A stretch of DNA of 64,000 nucleotides from an uncultured Gemmatimonadaceae bacterium (GTDB taxonomy: Bacteria > Gemmatimonadota > Gemmatimonadetes > Gemmatimonadales > Gemmatimonadaceae): positions 736,001 through 800,000 of the forward strand of contig CAWFQK010000004.1 of assembly GCA_963817955.1 (NCBI GenBank), written 5' to 3'. Position 1 is the first letter of the stretch, and each line of letters begins with the position of its first letter. A program made the translations under genes and the position numbers. This document shows, piece by piece, positions 44,893-55,943 of this stretch. The notes under the pieces are model-generated. The model did no database searches. It was not told the origin of the DNA and saw only the letters and a list, made by a program, of their open reading frames with translations.

Positions 44893-46431
44893 ATGCCCCG
44901 CGCGCTTCTCTCCGTTTCCAACAAGTCAGGCCTGGTCGATTTCGCCCGCGGGCTCACCGAGCTGGGTTGGGACCTCGTCTCCACCGGTGGTACAGCCAAG
45001 GCACTGCGCGACGCAGGCCTCACCGTGTCCGACGTCAGCGACATCACCGGCTTTCCGGAAATGATGGATGGACGCGTGAAGACACTGCACCCTGCCGTAC
45101 ACGGCGCATTGCTGGCGCGACGCGACCTGCCGGCGCACATGGCCGCGCTCGCCGAACACGAGATCACGCCGATCGATCTCGTCGCCGTGAATCTCTATCC
45201 GTTTCGCGAGACCGTCGCGCGCAAGAACGTGACGCCCGAAGATGCCATCGAGAACATCGACATCGGCGGACCAAGTATGCTCCGCTCTGCCGCGAAGAAT
45301 TTCGAGTCCGTATGGGTGGTAGTCGATCCGGCGGATTACGGCCGCGTGCTCGCCGCGTTGCGCGCCGATGACACCGACTCCGACCTGCGCCGCTTGCTCG
45401 CGGGCAAGGTCTACGCCCACACGGCGTCGTACGACGCGGCAATCGCCGCCTGGTTCGCACAACAGCGGCAAGACAAGTTCCCGCAAACGATCGTCGTCTC
45501 GCTCGATCGCGCACAGACACTGCGCTATGGCGAGAATCCGGATCAAGCAGCGGCATTCTACGTCGAACGCCCAGGTGCAGGCTTGGCGGGGCTGACGCAG
45601 CATGGAGGCAAGGAGCTCTCGTTCAATAATTTCCTCGACCTCGAAGGCGCGTTGCTCGCCATCGATCCATTCGCCGGTGAGGCGGCATGTGCGATTGTAA
45701 AACACACCACGCCGTGCGGGCTCGCGATCGCCGCAACAGGCGTCGAGGCATACAAGAAGGCACTTGCCTGCGATCCCGCGTCCGCGTTCGGATCGGTGAT
45801 TGCGTTCACCGTGCCGGTGGACGATGCCACCGCGGACGCCGTCTCCAGTCTATTCGTCGAGTGCATCGTCGCGCCCGAATTCAGCGCCGGCGCGGTCGAG
45901 ATCCTCGGGCGCAAGAAGAACCTGCGCGTGCTCGAGGGACGTGCCGAATGGGGCATTGGCGCCAACAACCTGGACTACAAGCGCGTCCGTGGCGGCGTAC
46001 TCGTGCAGGAACGCGCTTCAGGAGTGAACGACGCCAGCGCCTGGAAGGTGGTCACCAAGCGCCAGCCGACAGCCGAGGAGTACCGCGACCTGCTGTTCGC
46101 CTGGCGTGCCGTTGCGAGCGTCAAGTCGAACGCGATCGTGCTCGCGCGCGACGGCGCAACGATCGGTATCGGCGCGGGTCAGATGTCGCGCGTTGACGCG
46201 GCCTTCATCGCCGTGCACAAGGCTGCGGCTGCAGGGCACGCCACCGCTGGCTCGTCGCTTGGGTCCGACGCCTTCTTCCCCTTCCGCGATGGCGTGGATC
46301 AGGCCGCCGATGCCGGAGTCACGGCCATCGTCCAACCGGGCGGCTCGGTCAGGGACGCCGAGGTGATCGCCGCCGCGGACGAACGGGGAATGGCGATGGT
46401 GTTCACGGGCAAGCGGCAGTTCCGCCACTAG
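44893..46431 (+). CDS. purH: bifunctional AICAR transformylase/IMP cyclohydrolase
   Basis: 'RALLSVSNK', 'GRVKTLHP', 'IDIGGP', 'LRYGENP', 'SDAFFPF'. Confidence 0.97.
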   Translation: MPRALLSVSNKSGLVDFARGLTELGWDLVSTGGTAKALRDAGLTVSDVSDITGFPEMMDGRVKTLHPAVHGALLARRDLPAHMAALAEHEITPIDLVAVNLYPFRETVARKNVTPEDAIENIDIGGPSMLRSAAKNFESVWVVVDPADYGRVLAALRADDTDSDLRRLLAGKVYAHTASYDAAIAAWFAQQRQDKFPQTIVVSLDRAQTLRYGENPDQAAAFYVERPGAGLAGLTQHGGKELSFNNFLDLEGALLAIDPFAGEAACAIVKHTTPCGLAIAATGVEAYKKALACDPASAFGSVIAFTVPVDDATADAVSSLFVECIVAPEFSAGAVEILGRKKNLRVLEGRAEWGIGANNLDYKRVRGGVLVQERASGVNDASAWKVVTKRQPTAEEYRDLLFAWRAVASVKSNAIVLARDGATIGIGAGQMSRVDAAFIAVHKAAAAGHATAGSSLGSDAFFPFRDGVDQAADAGVTAIVQPGGSVRDAEVIAAADERGMAMVFTGKRQFRH

Positions 46432-46571
46432 CCAAACTCGCACCGAGTAGTTCGTACCAGTAGTCACCCCTCGGCAACCAGTAGCGTAACCCATTCCGGT
46501 TCATCATCTTTCCACCTTCTCGCCCCGCCTCCTCAGCGGGGCGCTTGCTGTCGGACACCCCACGGATCGTA

Positions 46572-48877
46572 ATGGCGACCTCCACGACCACCGAGCTGGA
46601 CTATCGCCCGTCCTACCGCGCCGCCGTTGTCGTGTCGCTGGCGACGCTGGCGCTCTACCTCCTCACGCTCGCTCCGTCCACCGCGATGTGGGACACGAGC
46701 GAGTACATCGCCGCCGCCTACACGCTCGGGCTTCCGCATCCGCCTGGAAATCCGCTGTTCGTCATTCTCGGCCGCGTCTTCTCCATGCTGCCGATCGCGA
46801 GCAGCGTCGCGGTGCGCGATCAACATCCTCGCCGCGATCTGTAGCGCCGTCTCGGCGGGCATGTGGTTCCTGGTCACCGAGCGCGTCCTCGTGGGCTGGT
46901 TCCGCGAACGGTGGCAGCGCGTAGTTGGCGGCGTGGTCGCCGCGCTCATCGGCGCCACCGCGTTCACGGTGTGGAATCAGTCGGTCGTGAACGAGAAGGT
47001 CTATACTGTCTCACTCGTCGGCATCGCGATCATCTCATGGCTGATGATCCGCTGGTGCGATGAGCCGGACGGCCGTAAAGCCGACCGCACGCTCGTGCTC
47101 GTCGCGTACCTGCTCGGCCTCGGCTACGCCAATCACATGGCCGGCATGCTCGCCGCGCCGGCGGTTGGCCTCGCGGTGCTCATCGTGCGGCCGCGCACGA
47201 TCTTGCGATGGAAGCTGCTGCTGGCCTGCGTCGGCATGTTGCTGTTCGGCCTGACGCCGTTCGCGACGCAGCCGATCCGCGCCGCGCACTTCCCCGCGAT
47301 CAACGAAGGCGAGCCGACGGCCTGTCGCACGAAACTCGAGCTTCGCTGCACGTTCTCCAAGGGGACGCTACGACGCATTCATGTACAATTTCAATCGCGG
47401 CCAGTACGGCAAGCCCGATCTCACCGACCGCCAGGCCCGCTTCGGCGCGCAGGTCGGCATGTGGTGGCTGTACTTCAAGTGGCAGTGGATTCGCGACGCC
47501 CACGGCGACCACCAGTTTGCACAGGCGATGCTCGCGGCGGTGTTCCTCGTCCTCGGGTTGATCGGCGGATGGGTGCACTTGCAGCGAGACCGACGAAGTT
47601 TCTGGTACTTCGGTTCGCTGATGTTCACGCATGACGCTGCTGCTCATCTATTACCTGAACTTCAAGTACGGCGCATCGCAGGATCCGACCTCGCAGGCAC
47701 CGCACGAGGTGCGCGACCGAGACTATTTCTTCCTCTGGAGCTTCTCGGCGTGGGGCGTGTGGGCGGGACTCGGCCTCGTCTTCGTCTGGGAATCGATCGC
47801 CGCACTGTTCGGCGCCGAGGAGGTGAAAGTAGGCCGCGAGACGGTGCTCGTGCCCAAACCGACCAGTTGGCGATACGATCGCCCATCCTGTTGTTGGCCG
47901 TCGTGCCGCTCTTCGCGAACTGGCATTCGGCATCGCGCGCCGGACAGCGGGACACGCGCGACTTCGCGGAGGATCTGCTCAACTCAGTGGAGCCGTACGG
48001 CGTGCTGGTGACCGTCGGCGACAACGACACCTTCCCGCTCTGGTACGCGCAGGAAGTGGAAGGCATTCGCCAGGACGTGGTGGTCGCGAATACGTCGCTC
48101 CTGAATACCGACTGGTACATGCGCCAGATGATTCGTCGTCCGATCTTTGCCTACGACGCGGCAAAGGGTCCGGCTATCTACCGCGGCCAGCAATGGGTGA
48201 AACCGACGACGGCCCCCATTCACATGTCGATGGACGAAGCGGACTCCGTGCCGGCGTACTATCCGCTGAATAGCCCAATGGCCTTCACGTCGGGCGCGCT
48301 CAAAGCGACAATCGACCCGAAGAATCTCGACCATAGCGTCCTGCAGCGCGCAGATCTGTTCGTGCTGCGCATGATTCAGGACGCTTGGCCGCAGCGCCCG
48401 ATCTACTTCGCGCGCACGTCGGGTGGCTACGCGCGCTCACTCGGTTTGGGCGACGACGTGTTGACGCAGGGGTTGGCATCGAAGCTCTTCCTGCCGCCAA
48501 CCGGCACCGCCAAGGACACTGTCTACGTGCAGGGCGATGGATGGCTGGACGTGCCGCGCAGCGACACGCTCTGGAACAAGGTGTTCGTCGGCCCGCAGTC
48601 GGTGCTCAAGACCGGCGACTGGATCGATCGGCCGTCGGTGGGCATTCCCTATCTCTACGTCGCGACTGGCCTCGAGCTCGCAGAGGCCCTCAAGGGGCAA
48701 GGCAACCTGCAGGCGGCGCAGCAGGTATTCAACACGTCGAAGAACATCGCGGTAGCGGTGCGACTCGACGACTTGATTCGCCCGGCGGAAGCAGAGTTCA
48801 AGACGCCACTCGCCGGTGACACGGCGCGCGGCACTCCATTGGTAGCGCCAAAGGCCAAGCCAACGCCCAAGCCGTAG
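46572..48877 (+). CDS. DUF2723 (TMEM260-like) membrane glycosyltransferase (several frameshifts)
   Basis: 'WDTSEYIAAAYTLGLPHPPGNPLF', 'HEVRDRDYFF', 'GDNDTFPLWYAQEVEGIR'. Confidence 0.85.
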
Positions 48878-48879
48878 GT

Positions 48880-49797
48880 TCAAGCGCGGTGCGGCGCAAT
48901 CAGCACTGAGCAGTGTGCGTCCCGGATGATGCGGGTACGCACGCTGCCCAGCAGGATGCGATCGACGAAGCCCAGCTCGTGACCGCCAACGGCGATCAGG
49001 TCGCAGTGCTCCTGCTTGGCGTATTCCAGGAGCTGGCCGACGACATCGCCCTGCAACATCACCGTCTGCACACGCCGCCTGGTCTCCTTGTGGATCTCGT
49101 GACGGATCTGCTCGAGCTTGTCGGCGGCACCCGTGCTGTACACGTCTACCAGGCTACCGGCTTCGTGTTTCGGAGCGGCGAGGGCCGATGCGTGCACCAA
49201 CGTGAGCGTGCCGTCCGCCACCATGAGGCGGGCGGCGAGCTTTGCTGCCCCAATGCTCGACTCGCTGAAGTCGATAGCGGCAATCACGCGCGCCGGAAGC
49301 TCCTGGACATCGGGTGGCACGGCGAGCATCGGCACGGCGGCACGACGCGCGACCGCAATTGCCGTCTCCGGTCCGAACAGACGGTCCACCGCCTTGTGAC
49401 GGCCAATGCCGAGCACGATCAGCGACGCCGGCCAGCACCGCGCTTCGTCCACGAGCGCCTCGGCGGGCCAACCGACCACGGCATGCACCGTCCAACTGGC
49501 GGTGCCGCGGATTGTCGCGAGCTGATCCTGCACCGCAACGAGCGCGGCGCGCCGGTTGTCCGCATCGATCACCGCCGGGGGCGCCATCTCGAACGGCGAT
49601 GGCGCCACATGCGGGAAAGGCGTGCTCACGGTGAGCACCTGAACGCTCGCCTGCGCGCGTTTGGATAGCGCCCGTGCTATATGGATTGCGCCGAGCGACG
49701 AAGCATCACCAGCGGCGCCGAGCAGAATGTGCAACGGCAGGTGTACCGGACGCGCCGACTGCCGAGTCTTGAGTCCCACCGCCCGTGCGCCAGCCAT
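48880..49797 (-). CDS. tandem universal stress protein
   Basis: Two USP domains: 'LIVLG....RLFG', 'AIDFSESS', 'LIAVG...RILLGSV'. Confidence 0.88.
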   Translation of the reverse strand: MAGARAVGLKTRQSARPVHLPLHILLGAAGDASSLGAIHIARALSKRAQASVQVLTVSTPFPHVAPSPFEMAPPAVIDADNRRAALVAVQDQLATIRGTASWTVHAVVGWPAEALVDEARCWPASLIVLGIGRHKAVDRLFGPETAIAVARRAAVPMLAVPPDVQELPARVIAAIDFSESSIGAAKLAARLMVADGTLTLVHASALAAPKHEAGSLVDVYSTGAADKLEQIRHEIHKETRRRVQTVMLQGDVVGQLLEYAKQEHCDLIAVGGHELGFVDRILLGSVRTRIIRDAHCSVLIAPHRA

Positions 49798-49911
49798 AGC
49801 GCCTCCAGATGAGTTGCCCCATCAACAACGTGCTGTACGCAGCACGGAGTGGCAGTCAGGCGATATCGTGCCGGCCGTGGCGAATCGCCCGACGGCCGCT
49901 CGCAGCGAACG

Positions 49912-50046
49912 TCAGTGACAGTCGCAGGACGACCCACAGTCGTCGGAGCGCCGGCGGCGTGCCCGCCACACCCGCAAACTGAGATACGTCACGGCCAGTG
50001 CCACCACAACGAACGTCACCAGAGGGTCCCACCAGGGTGTCTTCAT
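49912..50046 (-). CDS. FeoB-associated Cys-rich small membrane protein
   Basis: MKTPWWDPLVTFVVVALAVTYL...DDCGSSCDCH, overlapping the feoB stop. Confidence 0.65.
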   Translation of the reverse strand: MKTPWWDPLVTFVVVALAVTYLSLRVWRARRRRSDDCGSSCDCH

Positions 50047-51983
50047 GCGAATCCCACCGCCTTCCCGCCATGATAGACGAGGTACGCGACTCCGTATGCG
50101 AGCAGAAGCATGTACATGAACTGCAGCGCCGCCCACGCGGCACCCGTGCGGCCGCCGCCCGTCTCGCGAACGGTGACGGCAGTGGTGCTGGTGCACATCA
50201 GGGCAAACACATAGAACGCCATCAGCGCGAGCGCGATGATCGGCGTGTAGGATGCCTCGCCGTGGCTGTTCCGCGCCTGCCGAAGCTCAGCAGACAGTGC
50301 CGCCGTACGCCCGCCGCCGGACTGCTCGTCTACGCCGTAGATGGTGGCCATGGTGCTGACGAACACTTCCCGCGCCGCAAACGAGGATGCGACCGAGACA
50401 CTGATTTTCCAATCGAACCCGAGCGGGCGCGCGGCGGGCTCGAGCACCTTGCCGACTCGACCGAGCGCCGAATACGCGAGCCGCGCTTCCGAGGACGCGT
50501 GTGGGTCGGGAGACTTGGGGTACTGCGCCAATGCCCAGAGCACGACGGACGCAGCGAGGATCACCGTGCCGGCGCGTTGCAGAAAGACCTTGATCCGTAG
50601 CCAGACGGACATAGAGAGCACGCGCGTATTCGGCAGGCTGTACGACGGCATCTCCAGAATCAGAGCTCGCGTCGCCCCGCGAAGCAGGGTCTGCCTGAAC
50701 ACCGCTGCCGCGGCGAGCGCGCCAATCGTGCCAAGCAGGTACATGCCGAGCAGCGTCAATCCCTGCAGATTCAGCACGCCATGCATGACGGCCACACTGG
50801 GCACGAACGCGCCGATGAGCAACGCATACACCGGGAGGCGCGCGGAACAACTGATGAGCGGAACGACGAGAATCGTCGCCATCCGCTGCTTGGGATCCTT
50901 GATCGTGCGTGTGGCGAGAATGGCCGGCACGGCGCACGCGTACCCGGACAGCAGCGGAATGAAACTGCGCCCGTGTAGCCCCACCGGCCGCATGAATCTG
51001 TCCATGACGAATGCCGCACGGGCCATGTAACCGCTGTCCTCGAGCAACCCAATGAAGGTGAACAGGATCGCGATCTGCGGTACGAACACCAGCACGCTAC
51101 CCACTCCACCCACGACGCCGTCGACCAGCAAGCTTCGAAACTCGCCGGCGGGAATCACGCGCGTGAGTCCGCTGGCGAGCCACGCCATCACCCATTCGAT
51201 GCTGCCGGTGAGCGGGCGAGCCCAGGTGAACATGGTCTGGAACATCAGCGCCATGATGACCACGAAGATCAGCGGTCCCCATACCGGATGGAGCGCCACC
51301 CGGTCAACTCGATCGCTGGCCGTTCGCCGTCCGATCGCGGGCCGCGGCGCACATCGCGCCACCACTTCACCGATCCGCGCGTAACGCGCCTCAACAGACA
51401 CGGGCCCGCGTGCCACGGGAAGCGGCAGCGACTTGGCGACCGCGATGGCATGCCGTAAACGGTCGATGCCCTCTCCCCGACTGGCGACGACGGGAACCAC
51501 CACGGCGCCCAATTCGTGAATCAACTCGGGAATGTCGATCTGCCAACCGGAGGCGGTCAGGCGGTCCATTCGGTTCAGCGCGATCACCGTCGGCCGCCCC
51601 AGATCCAGCACCTCGCTCGCGAGAAACAGGTGCCGCTCGATGTTCTCGGCGTCAACGACGACGACGGTCACATCCGGAGCCGGCACGCCGTGGATGCGGC
51701 CGAGCAGTACGTCCACCGCGATCCGTTCGTCTGGCGAATCGGCGGTCAGACCGTATGTGCCAGGAAGATCAGTGACGATGACGCGCCGCCCACCGTGTGC
51801 GAACGAGCCTTCGACGCGCTCCACCGTGACGCCCGGAAAGTTCGCCACCTGTTGGCGCAAACCGGTGAGCGCGTTGAACAACGTGCTCTTCCCGGCGTTC
51901 GGATTCCCAATGAGCGCAACGCGGAGCGGCCCCGCGAGGTCCTGTGGATCCGCTGCATCTCTGACGACGGCGACCGCGCTCAT
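50043..51983 (-). CDS. feoB: ferrous iron transport protein B
   Basis: 'GNPNAGKSTLFNALTG', 'NFPGVTVE', 'DLPGTY', 'LEDSGYMAR', 'CSARLPVY'. Confidence 0.95.
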   Translation of the reverse strand: MSAVAVVRDAADPQDLAGPLRVALIGNPNAGKSTLFNALTGLRQQVANFPGVTVERVEGSFAHGGRRVIVTDLPGTYGLTADSPDERIAVDVLLGRIHGVPAPDVTVVVVDAENIERHLFLASEVLDLGRPTVIALNRMDRLTASGWQIDIPELIHELGAVVVPVVASRGEGIDRLRHAIAVAKSLPLPVARGPVSVEARYARIGEVVARCAPRPAIGRRTASDRVDRVALHPVWGPLIFVVIMALMFQTMFTWARPLTGSIEWVMAWLASGLTRVIPAGEFRSLLVDGVVGGVGSVLVFVPQIAILFTFIGLLEDSGYMARAAFVMDRFMRPVGLHGRSFIPLLSGYACAVPAILATRTIKDPKQRMATILVVPLISCSARLPVYALLIGAFVPSVAVMHGVLNLQGLTLLGMYLLGTIGALAAAAVFRQTLLRGATRALILEMPSYSLPNTRVLSMSVWLRIKVFLQRAGTVILAASVVLWALAQYPKSPDPHASSEARLAYSALGRVGKVLEPAARPLGFDWKISVSVASSFAAREVFVSTMATIYGVDEQSGGGRTAALSAELRQARNSHGEASYTPIIALALMAFYVFALMCTSTTAVTVRETGGGRTGAAWAALQFMYMLLLAYGVAYLVYHGGKAVGFA

Positions 51984-51993
51984 CGGCCGTCGT

Positions 51994-52326
51994 TCAGGGA
52001 ACGACAGGAACGGCGAGGATCGCGGCGGCAAGCGACGTAGCTAACGCGAGACGCGAACCGCGCACGTCCAGCAGGACACCACTGCGGCGATCGACCACGG
52101 TAACGGGCGCACCCTCGAACACGCCCAACACGCGCAGGCGCCCAATGTCGTCGTGCGGGCAGGCGATGCGCACGATCACCGCGCGAACGCCGACCGGCAA
52201 GCTGGCGAGCGCGCAGGGCGCCTGGCAGGCCGCGTCGCACGGCACCGCACAATCGACAACATGCCCGGGGCCGGCCGCGACGTTTGTGCGGCTGGCTCGG
52301 AATCGGCGGATGAACGCCCTGAACAC
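51994..52326 (-). CDS. feoA: FeoA family protein with Cys-rich N-terminus
   Basis: 'RLRVLGVFEGAPV...VRGSRLAL'. Confidence 0.8.
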   Translation of the reverse strand: MFRAFIRRFRASRTNVAAGPGHVVDCAVPCDAACQAPCALASLPVGVRAVIVRIACPHDDIGRLRVLGVFEGAPVTVVDRRSGVLLDVRGSRLALATSLAAAILAVPVVP

Positions 52327-52420
52327 GGCCGTTTATTTCCTCGCGGTGGGACTGTCCAGCAATAAATCTAAGCCCAAGTACACGCCGTGGAGATCCAATC
52401 AGGCGACTTTGGCAAGACCA

Positions 52421-53380
52421 TCAGGAATTTCCTGATGAGGTCGGCGAGCCGACGGCGGAACCCGTCTGTGAGCGTAACACCACCGCGCTGAGCGCGCGAA
52501 TGAAATCCGGATCGGCATTCGGCAGCTGCGTACGTCCGAGTCGCATGCCCAGCTCGGTCGCGCGTTCCTTCGCCTCGATGTCGATGTCGTAAAGAATCTC
52601 GAGGTGATCGGACACAAAACCGATCGGCACCTGCACCACCGTGCGCACGCCTTCGGCCGACAGGGTCTCGAGATAATCGAGAATGTCGGGCCCGATCCAC
52701 GGCTCCGTCGTGCCGCCCGCGCTCTGCCAGGCAAATCGCCAGTCGCTCAGCCCCATCTGCGCCGCGACCATTGCTGCGCTGTCCAACAGTTGCGCCTCGT
52801 AGGGATCGTTCGACTCACGAATGCGAACGGGAAGGCTATGCGCCGTGAACACGACTGTGGGCGCCGGTTCACCGGGCTGGGCCACGCCCGCGAGCGCAGC
52901 GCGAACACGGTCTGCCATCAACTCGACGAAGCCCGGTTCGTCGTACCAACTCCTGACGAACGTGATATCGAGCGGTAGCGGCAGCGCGGCGTTCGCCTCC
53001 TCGACCGCATGCCGGTATGCCCCGACACTCATGTGCGAGTAGTGGGGCGCGAGCGCCAGCGCGACCACCTCCTGGACGCCGGCCTCCGACATCGCCTGCA
53101 CGGCCTCCTCGATGAACGGATGCCAATGCTTCATCCCCACGAATACTGCACGCTTCTCGCCGCTCGACACGAGCTCCGATCGCAGCCCGTCGCGCACCGC
53201 TTCCGTGATCCGACGAAGCGGCGTGGCGCCGCCTATTCGTGTATAGCGCGCCTGCAGATTGGCGATTGCCTCGTCACTCGGCCGGCGACCGCGCCGGATG
53301 TGCGTGAAATAGTCGGCAACGTCCTCGAGCCGCTCCGGCGTCCCATAGGCCATCAACAGCACGCCACGCATGCGGCTCAT
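52421..53380 (-). CDS. hemH: ferrochelatase (Bacillus CpfC-like)
   Basis: 'LLMAYGTP', 'GMKHWHPFIE', 'FTAHSLP', 'GFVSDHLEILYDID'. Confidence 0.93.
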   Translation of the reverse strand: MSRMRGVLLMAYGTPERLEDVADYFTHIRRGRRPSDEAIANLQARYTRIGGATPLRRITEAVRDGLRSELVSSGEKRAVFVGMKHWHPFIEEAVQAMSEAGVQEVVALALAPHYSHMSVGAYRHAVEEANAALPLPLDITFVRSWYDEPGFVELMADRVRAALAGVAQPGEPAPTVVFTAHSLPVRIRESNDPYEAQLLDSAAMVAAQMGLSDWRFAWQSAGGTTEPWIGPDILDYLETLSAEGVRTVVQVPIGFVSDHLEILYDIDIEAKERATELGMRLGRTQLPNADPDFIRALSAVVLRSQTGSAVGSPTSSGNS

Positions 53381-54465
53381 TGCGTCGCAGGATGGGCAAC
53401 CAACTCGGCGGCTGGCAATGCCCCGCCCTGCTCCGGCACGTACGCACGCACACAGTCGACGGCAATCTGAACGTTGTCGACCGGCGTCTGCGGCATCAGT
53501 CCATGCCCAAGATTGAAGATGTGGCCTGGCCGTCCCGCCGCCCGGGCCAACACGGCGTTCACTGCGCGCCGGATGACCGCCGGCGGTCCGAGCAGCACCG
53601 TCGGATCCAGATTGCCCTGGATGCACTTCGTCGGTCCGATGATGTCCCACGCATGGTCGAGCGGAATGCGCCAATCGCAGCCGATGATATTCGCGCCGTC
53701 ATCTTTCATGTCACCGAGCAACATCGCCGTGTTGACGCCAAAGTGAATGAGCGGCGCGCCGAGGGTAGATAGCTCGCTGAAGATGCGGCGCGAATGCGGC
53801 TGTACGTACTCCCGGTAGTCCGACGAAGACAGGCAGCCAACCCAGCTGTCGAACACCTGGATCACGTCGACGCCGGCCGCGCGCTCCGCACGCAGGAAAC
53901 TGACGACCATGTCGGTGAGCCGAACCATCAACTCATGCCACACATCCGGCGCGCCGTACATGAGCGCCTTGGTCCGCGCAAAGTCACGCGATGATTTTCC
54001 TTCGATCAGATACGCGGCCAGCGTGAACGGCGCGCCGGCGAACCCGATCAGCGGCTTGCTATCGCCCAGCTCCACCTTGAGCATGCGAATCGTCTCCAGC
54101 ACGTACGGCAGATCGGTCTCCGGCTCCAGCGGACGCAGTCGTGCGACGTCCGCCGCCGTGCGTACCGGTTCGCGAATCACCGGCCCCACGCCATCCACGA
54201 TGTCGAGATCCACGCCGGCACCCACGAGCGGATGCATGATGTCGGCAAAGAGGATTGCCGCGTCCACATCGAACCGCCGCACCGGCTGAAGAGTGACCTC
54301 CGTGCAGACGTCGGGGCGCTTGCAGATGTCGAGCAGCGACAACTCGCCACGGACAGCCCGATACTCAGGCAACACGCGACCGGCTTGCCGCATGAACCAC
54401 ACCGGCGTGCGCTCGACAGGCTTGGCATGGGCGGCGCGCATGAACGCCGTGGATTGAATGCTCAT
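53377..54465 (-). CDS. hemE: uroporphyrinogen decarboxylase
   Basis: 'PVWFMRQAGR', 'GFAGAPFTLA', 'IFNLGHG'. Confidence 0.96.
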   Translation of the reverse strand: MSIQSTAFMRAAHAKPVERTPVWFMRQAGRVLPEYRAVRGELSLLDICKRPDVCTEVTLQPVRRFDVDAAILFADIMHPLVGAGVDLDIVDGVGPVIREPVRTAADVARLRPLEPETDLPYVLETIRMLKVELGDSKPLIGFAGAPFTLAAYLIEGKSSRDFARTKALMYGAPDVWHELMVRLTDMVVSFLRAERAAGVDVIQVFDSWVGCLSSSDYREYVQPHSRRIFSELSTLGAPLIHFGVNTAMLLGDMKDDGANIIGCDWRIPLDHAWDIIGPTKCIQGNLDPTVLLGPPAVIRRAVNAVLARAAGRPGHIFNLGHGLMPQTPVDNVQIAVDCVRAYVPEQGGALPAAELVAHPATQ

Positions 54466-55943
54466 GGAGAAACGTCGGTAAGAGTGGGAACAGTGGCCGG
54501 CAACGCAGCGAGTGCCCGCGTCGCGGCGTCGATGCCGGACCGGACGCAGTCGGGAATGCCGACGCCGAGATACACGGCGCCAGCCAGCTCGAGACCTGAA
54601 ATATCGCTCACGCGCTCGGCAATGGCCGCCATTCGGCCGCGATGGCCAACAATGTACTGCGGCATCGCGCGCACGAATCGGTTGATTCGCGTGATGATCG
54701 GACGGGCGCTCACGCCCATCACCTCGAGCATTTCGGCGCGCGCCACGTCCAGCAACTGGGCGTCCGACCAGGTTTCGTACGGCGGGCGCCCGGCACCACC
54801 GAGAAAGAGCCGGAACAACGCGCGATTGGCCGGAGCCCGTTCAACGAACTTCGTCGACGCCCACGTGCAGGCGAGCACGGCACGGCCGTCGACGCGCGGT
54901 ACCACATAGCCGCTCGAGTCCAGCGGGCGGGACACGGCGTCGGCAGGGTAACCCAGCGAGATCGTGACCGTCGAGGCATACTCGAGGGCCGCGAGTTGCG
55001 CGCTGAGCGACGCGTCGATGTCGTGCAACAGTTCGGCGGTGACATACGCCGGCGTCGCGATGACGAGCGCGTTCGCAGCCAGCGTCTCGCCGCTGGTGAG
55101 GCGAACGCGAAACCGTCGCGCCGGAACACCTTTCATCTGATCGGCCGCTCCCATGCGCTCGATCATGGAAACGCGCGCCGACGTACGCATCTGCATGTGC
55201 GCGCCGAGCGGATCGCGCAAACGCACGGCCTGCACGACAGCGTCGACGAGCTCCTGCAGCCCCCGTGGAAACGAAACGAACGCACTGGTGCCGCCGGTCC
55301 GCGGGGGAGCGCCTCTCGCCGCACGCTTCGCCGCGAGCATCCCACGCACCAATCCGCCATGTTCGCGCTCGAACGCGCGGAGCTGCGGGAACATGGCGTC
55401 AATGCTGAGGCGCGACCCATCGCCCGCCGAAATGCCACTCAGCAGCGGTTCGACGAGGTTCTCATACATGCCGCGGCCCAGTCGGCGCACGACAAAGCTC
55501 TCGATGGATTCGTCGGCGTCGCCACGGCGCGGCCCAATGAAATAGTCCATCGCCACGCGCAGCTTGCTCAGGGGAGAGACGAGTCGCGTCGTGGCAAACG
55601 GGCCGAATCGGGACGGGACCAATCCCGTCAATCCCTCGGGGATGGGATGCAGGCGTCCGCGCCGAAGGATGAACGACCCGCGCGCGCGGGGATTGGTACC
55701 GATCAGTCGATCGGAGAGACCGACACGGCGCGCCAGCTCGATTGCCGCGGGTTTCGCCGACAGCAGGACGTCCGGTCCCGCTTCCATGATGAAATCATCA
55801 TCGCGGTCGGTGCGAATGTGACCGCCCAGCCGCGGCGCGGCTTCGAGCAGCGTGACCTGTACGGAAGGCGCAACGCGCGTGAGGTGTTCCAGTGCCGCAA
55901 GACCGCCAATCCCTCCGCCTACGATGACAACGTGTCCGCTCAT
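54462..55943 (-). CDS. hemY: HemY/CgoX-type (copro/proto)porphyrinogen oxidase
   Basis: 'IVGGGIGGL', 'RLGGHIRT', 'EAGPD', 'MPQY.VGH', 'GVGIPDC'. Confidence 0.92.
   Translation of the reverse strand: MSGHVVIVGGGIGGLAALEHLTRVAPSVQVTLLEAAPRLGGHIRTDRDDDFIMEAGPDVLLSAKPAAIELARRVGLSDRLIGTNPRARGSFILRRGRLHPIPEGLTGLVPSRFGPFATTRLVSPLSKLRVAMDYFIGPRRGDADESIESFVVRRLGRGMYENLVEPLLSGISAGDGSRLSIDAMFPQLRAFEREHGGLVRGMLAAKRAARGAPPRTGGTSAFVSFPRGLQELVDAVVQAVRLRDPLGAHMQMRTSARVSMIERMGAADQMKGVPARRFRVRLTSGETLAANALVIATPAYVTAELLHDIDASLSAQLAALEYASTVTISLGYPADAVSRPLDSSGYVVPRVDGRAVLACTWASTKFVERAPANRALFRLFLGGAGRPPYETWSDAQLLDVARAEMLEVMGVSARPIITRINRFVRAMPQYIVGHRGRMAAIAERVSDISGLELAGAVYLGVGIPDCVRSGIDAATRALAALPATVPTLTDVSP

Noticed and set aside
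52360..52382. DtxR/Fur-type box upstream of feoA
   Set aside because: AT-rich but only weakly palindromic, and cannot be matched to a consensus by eye.
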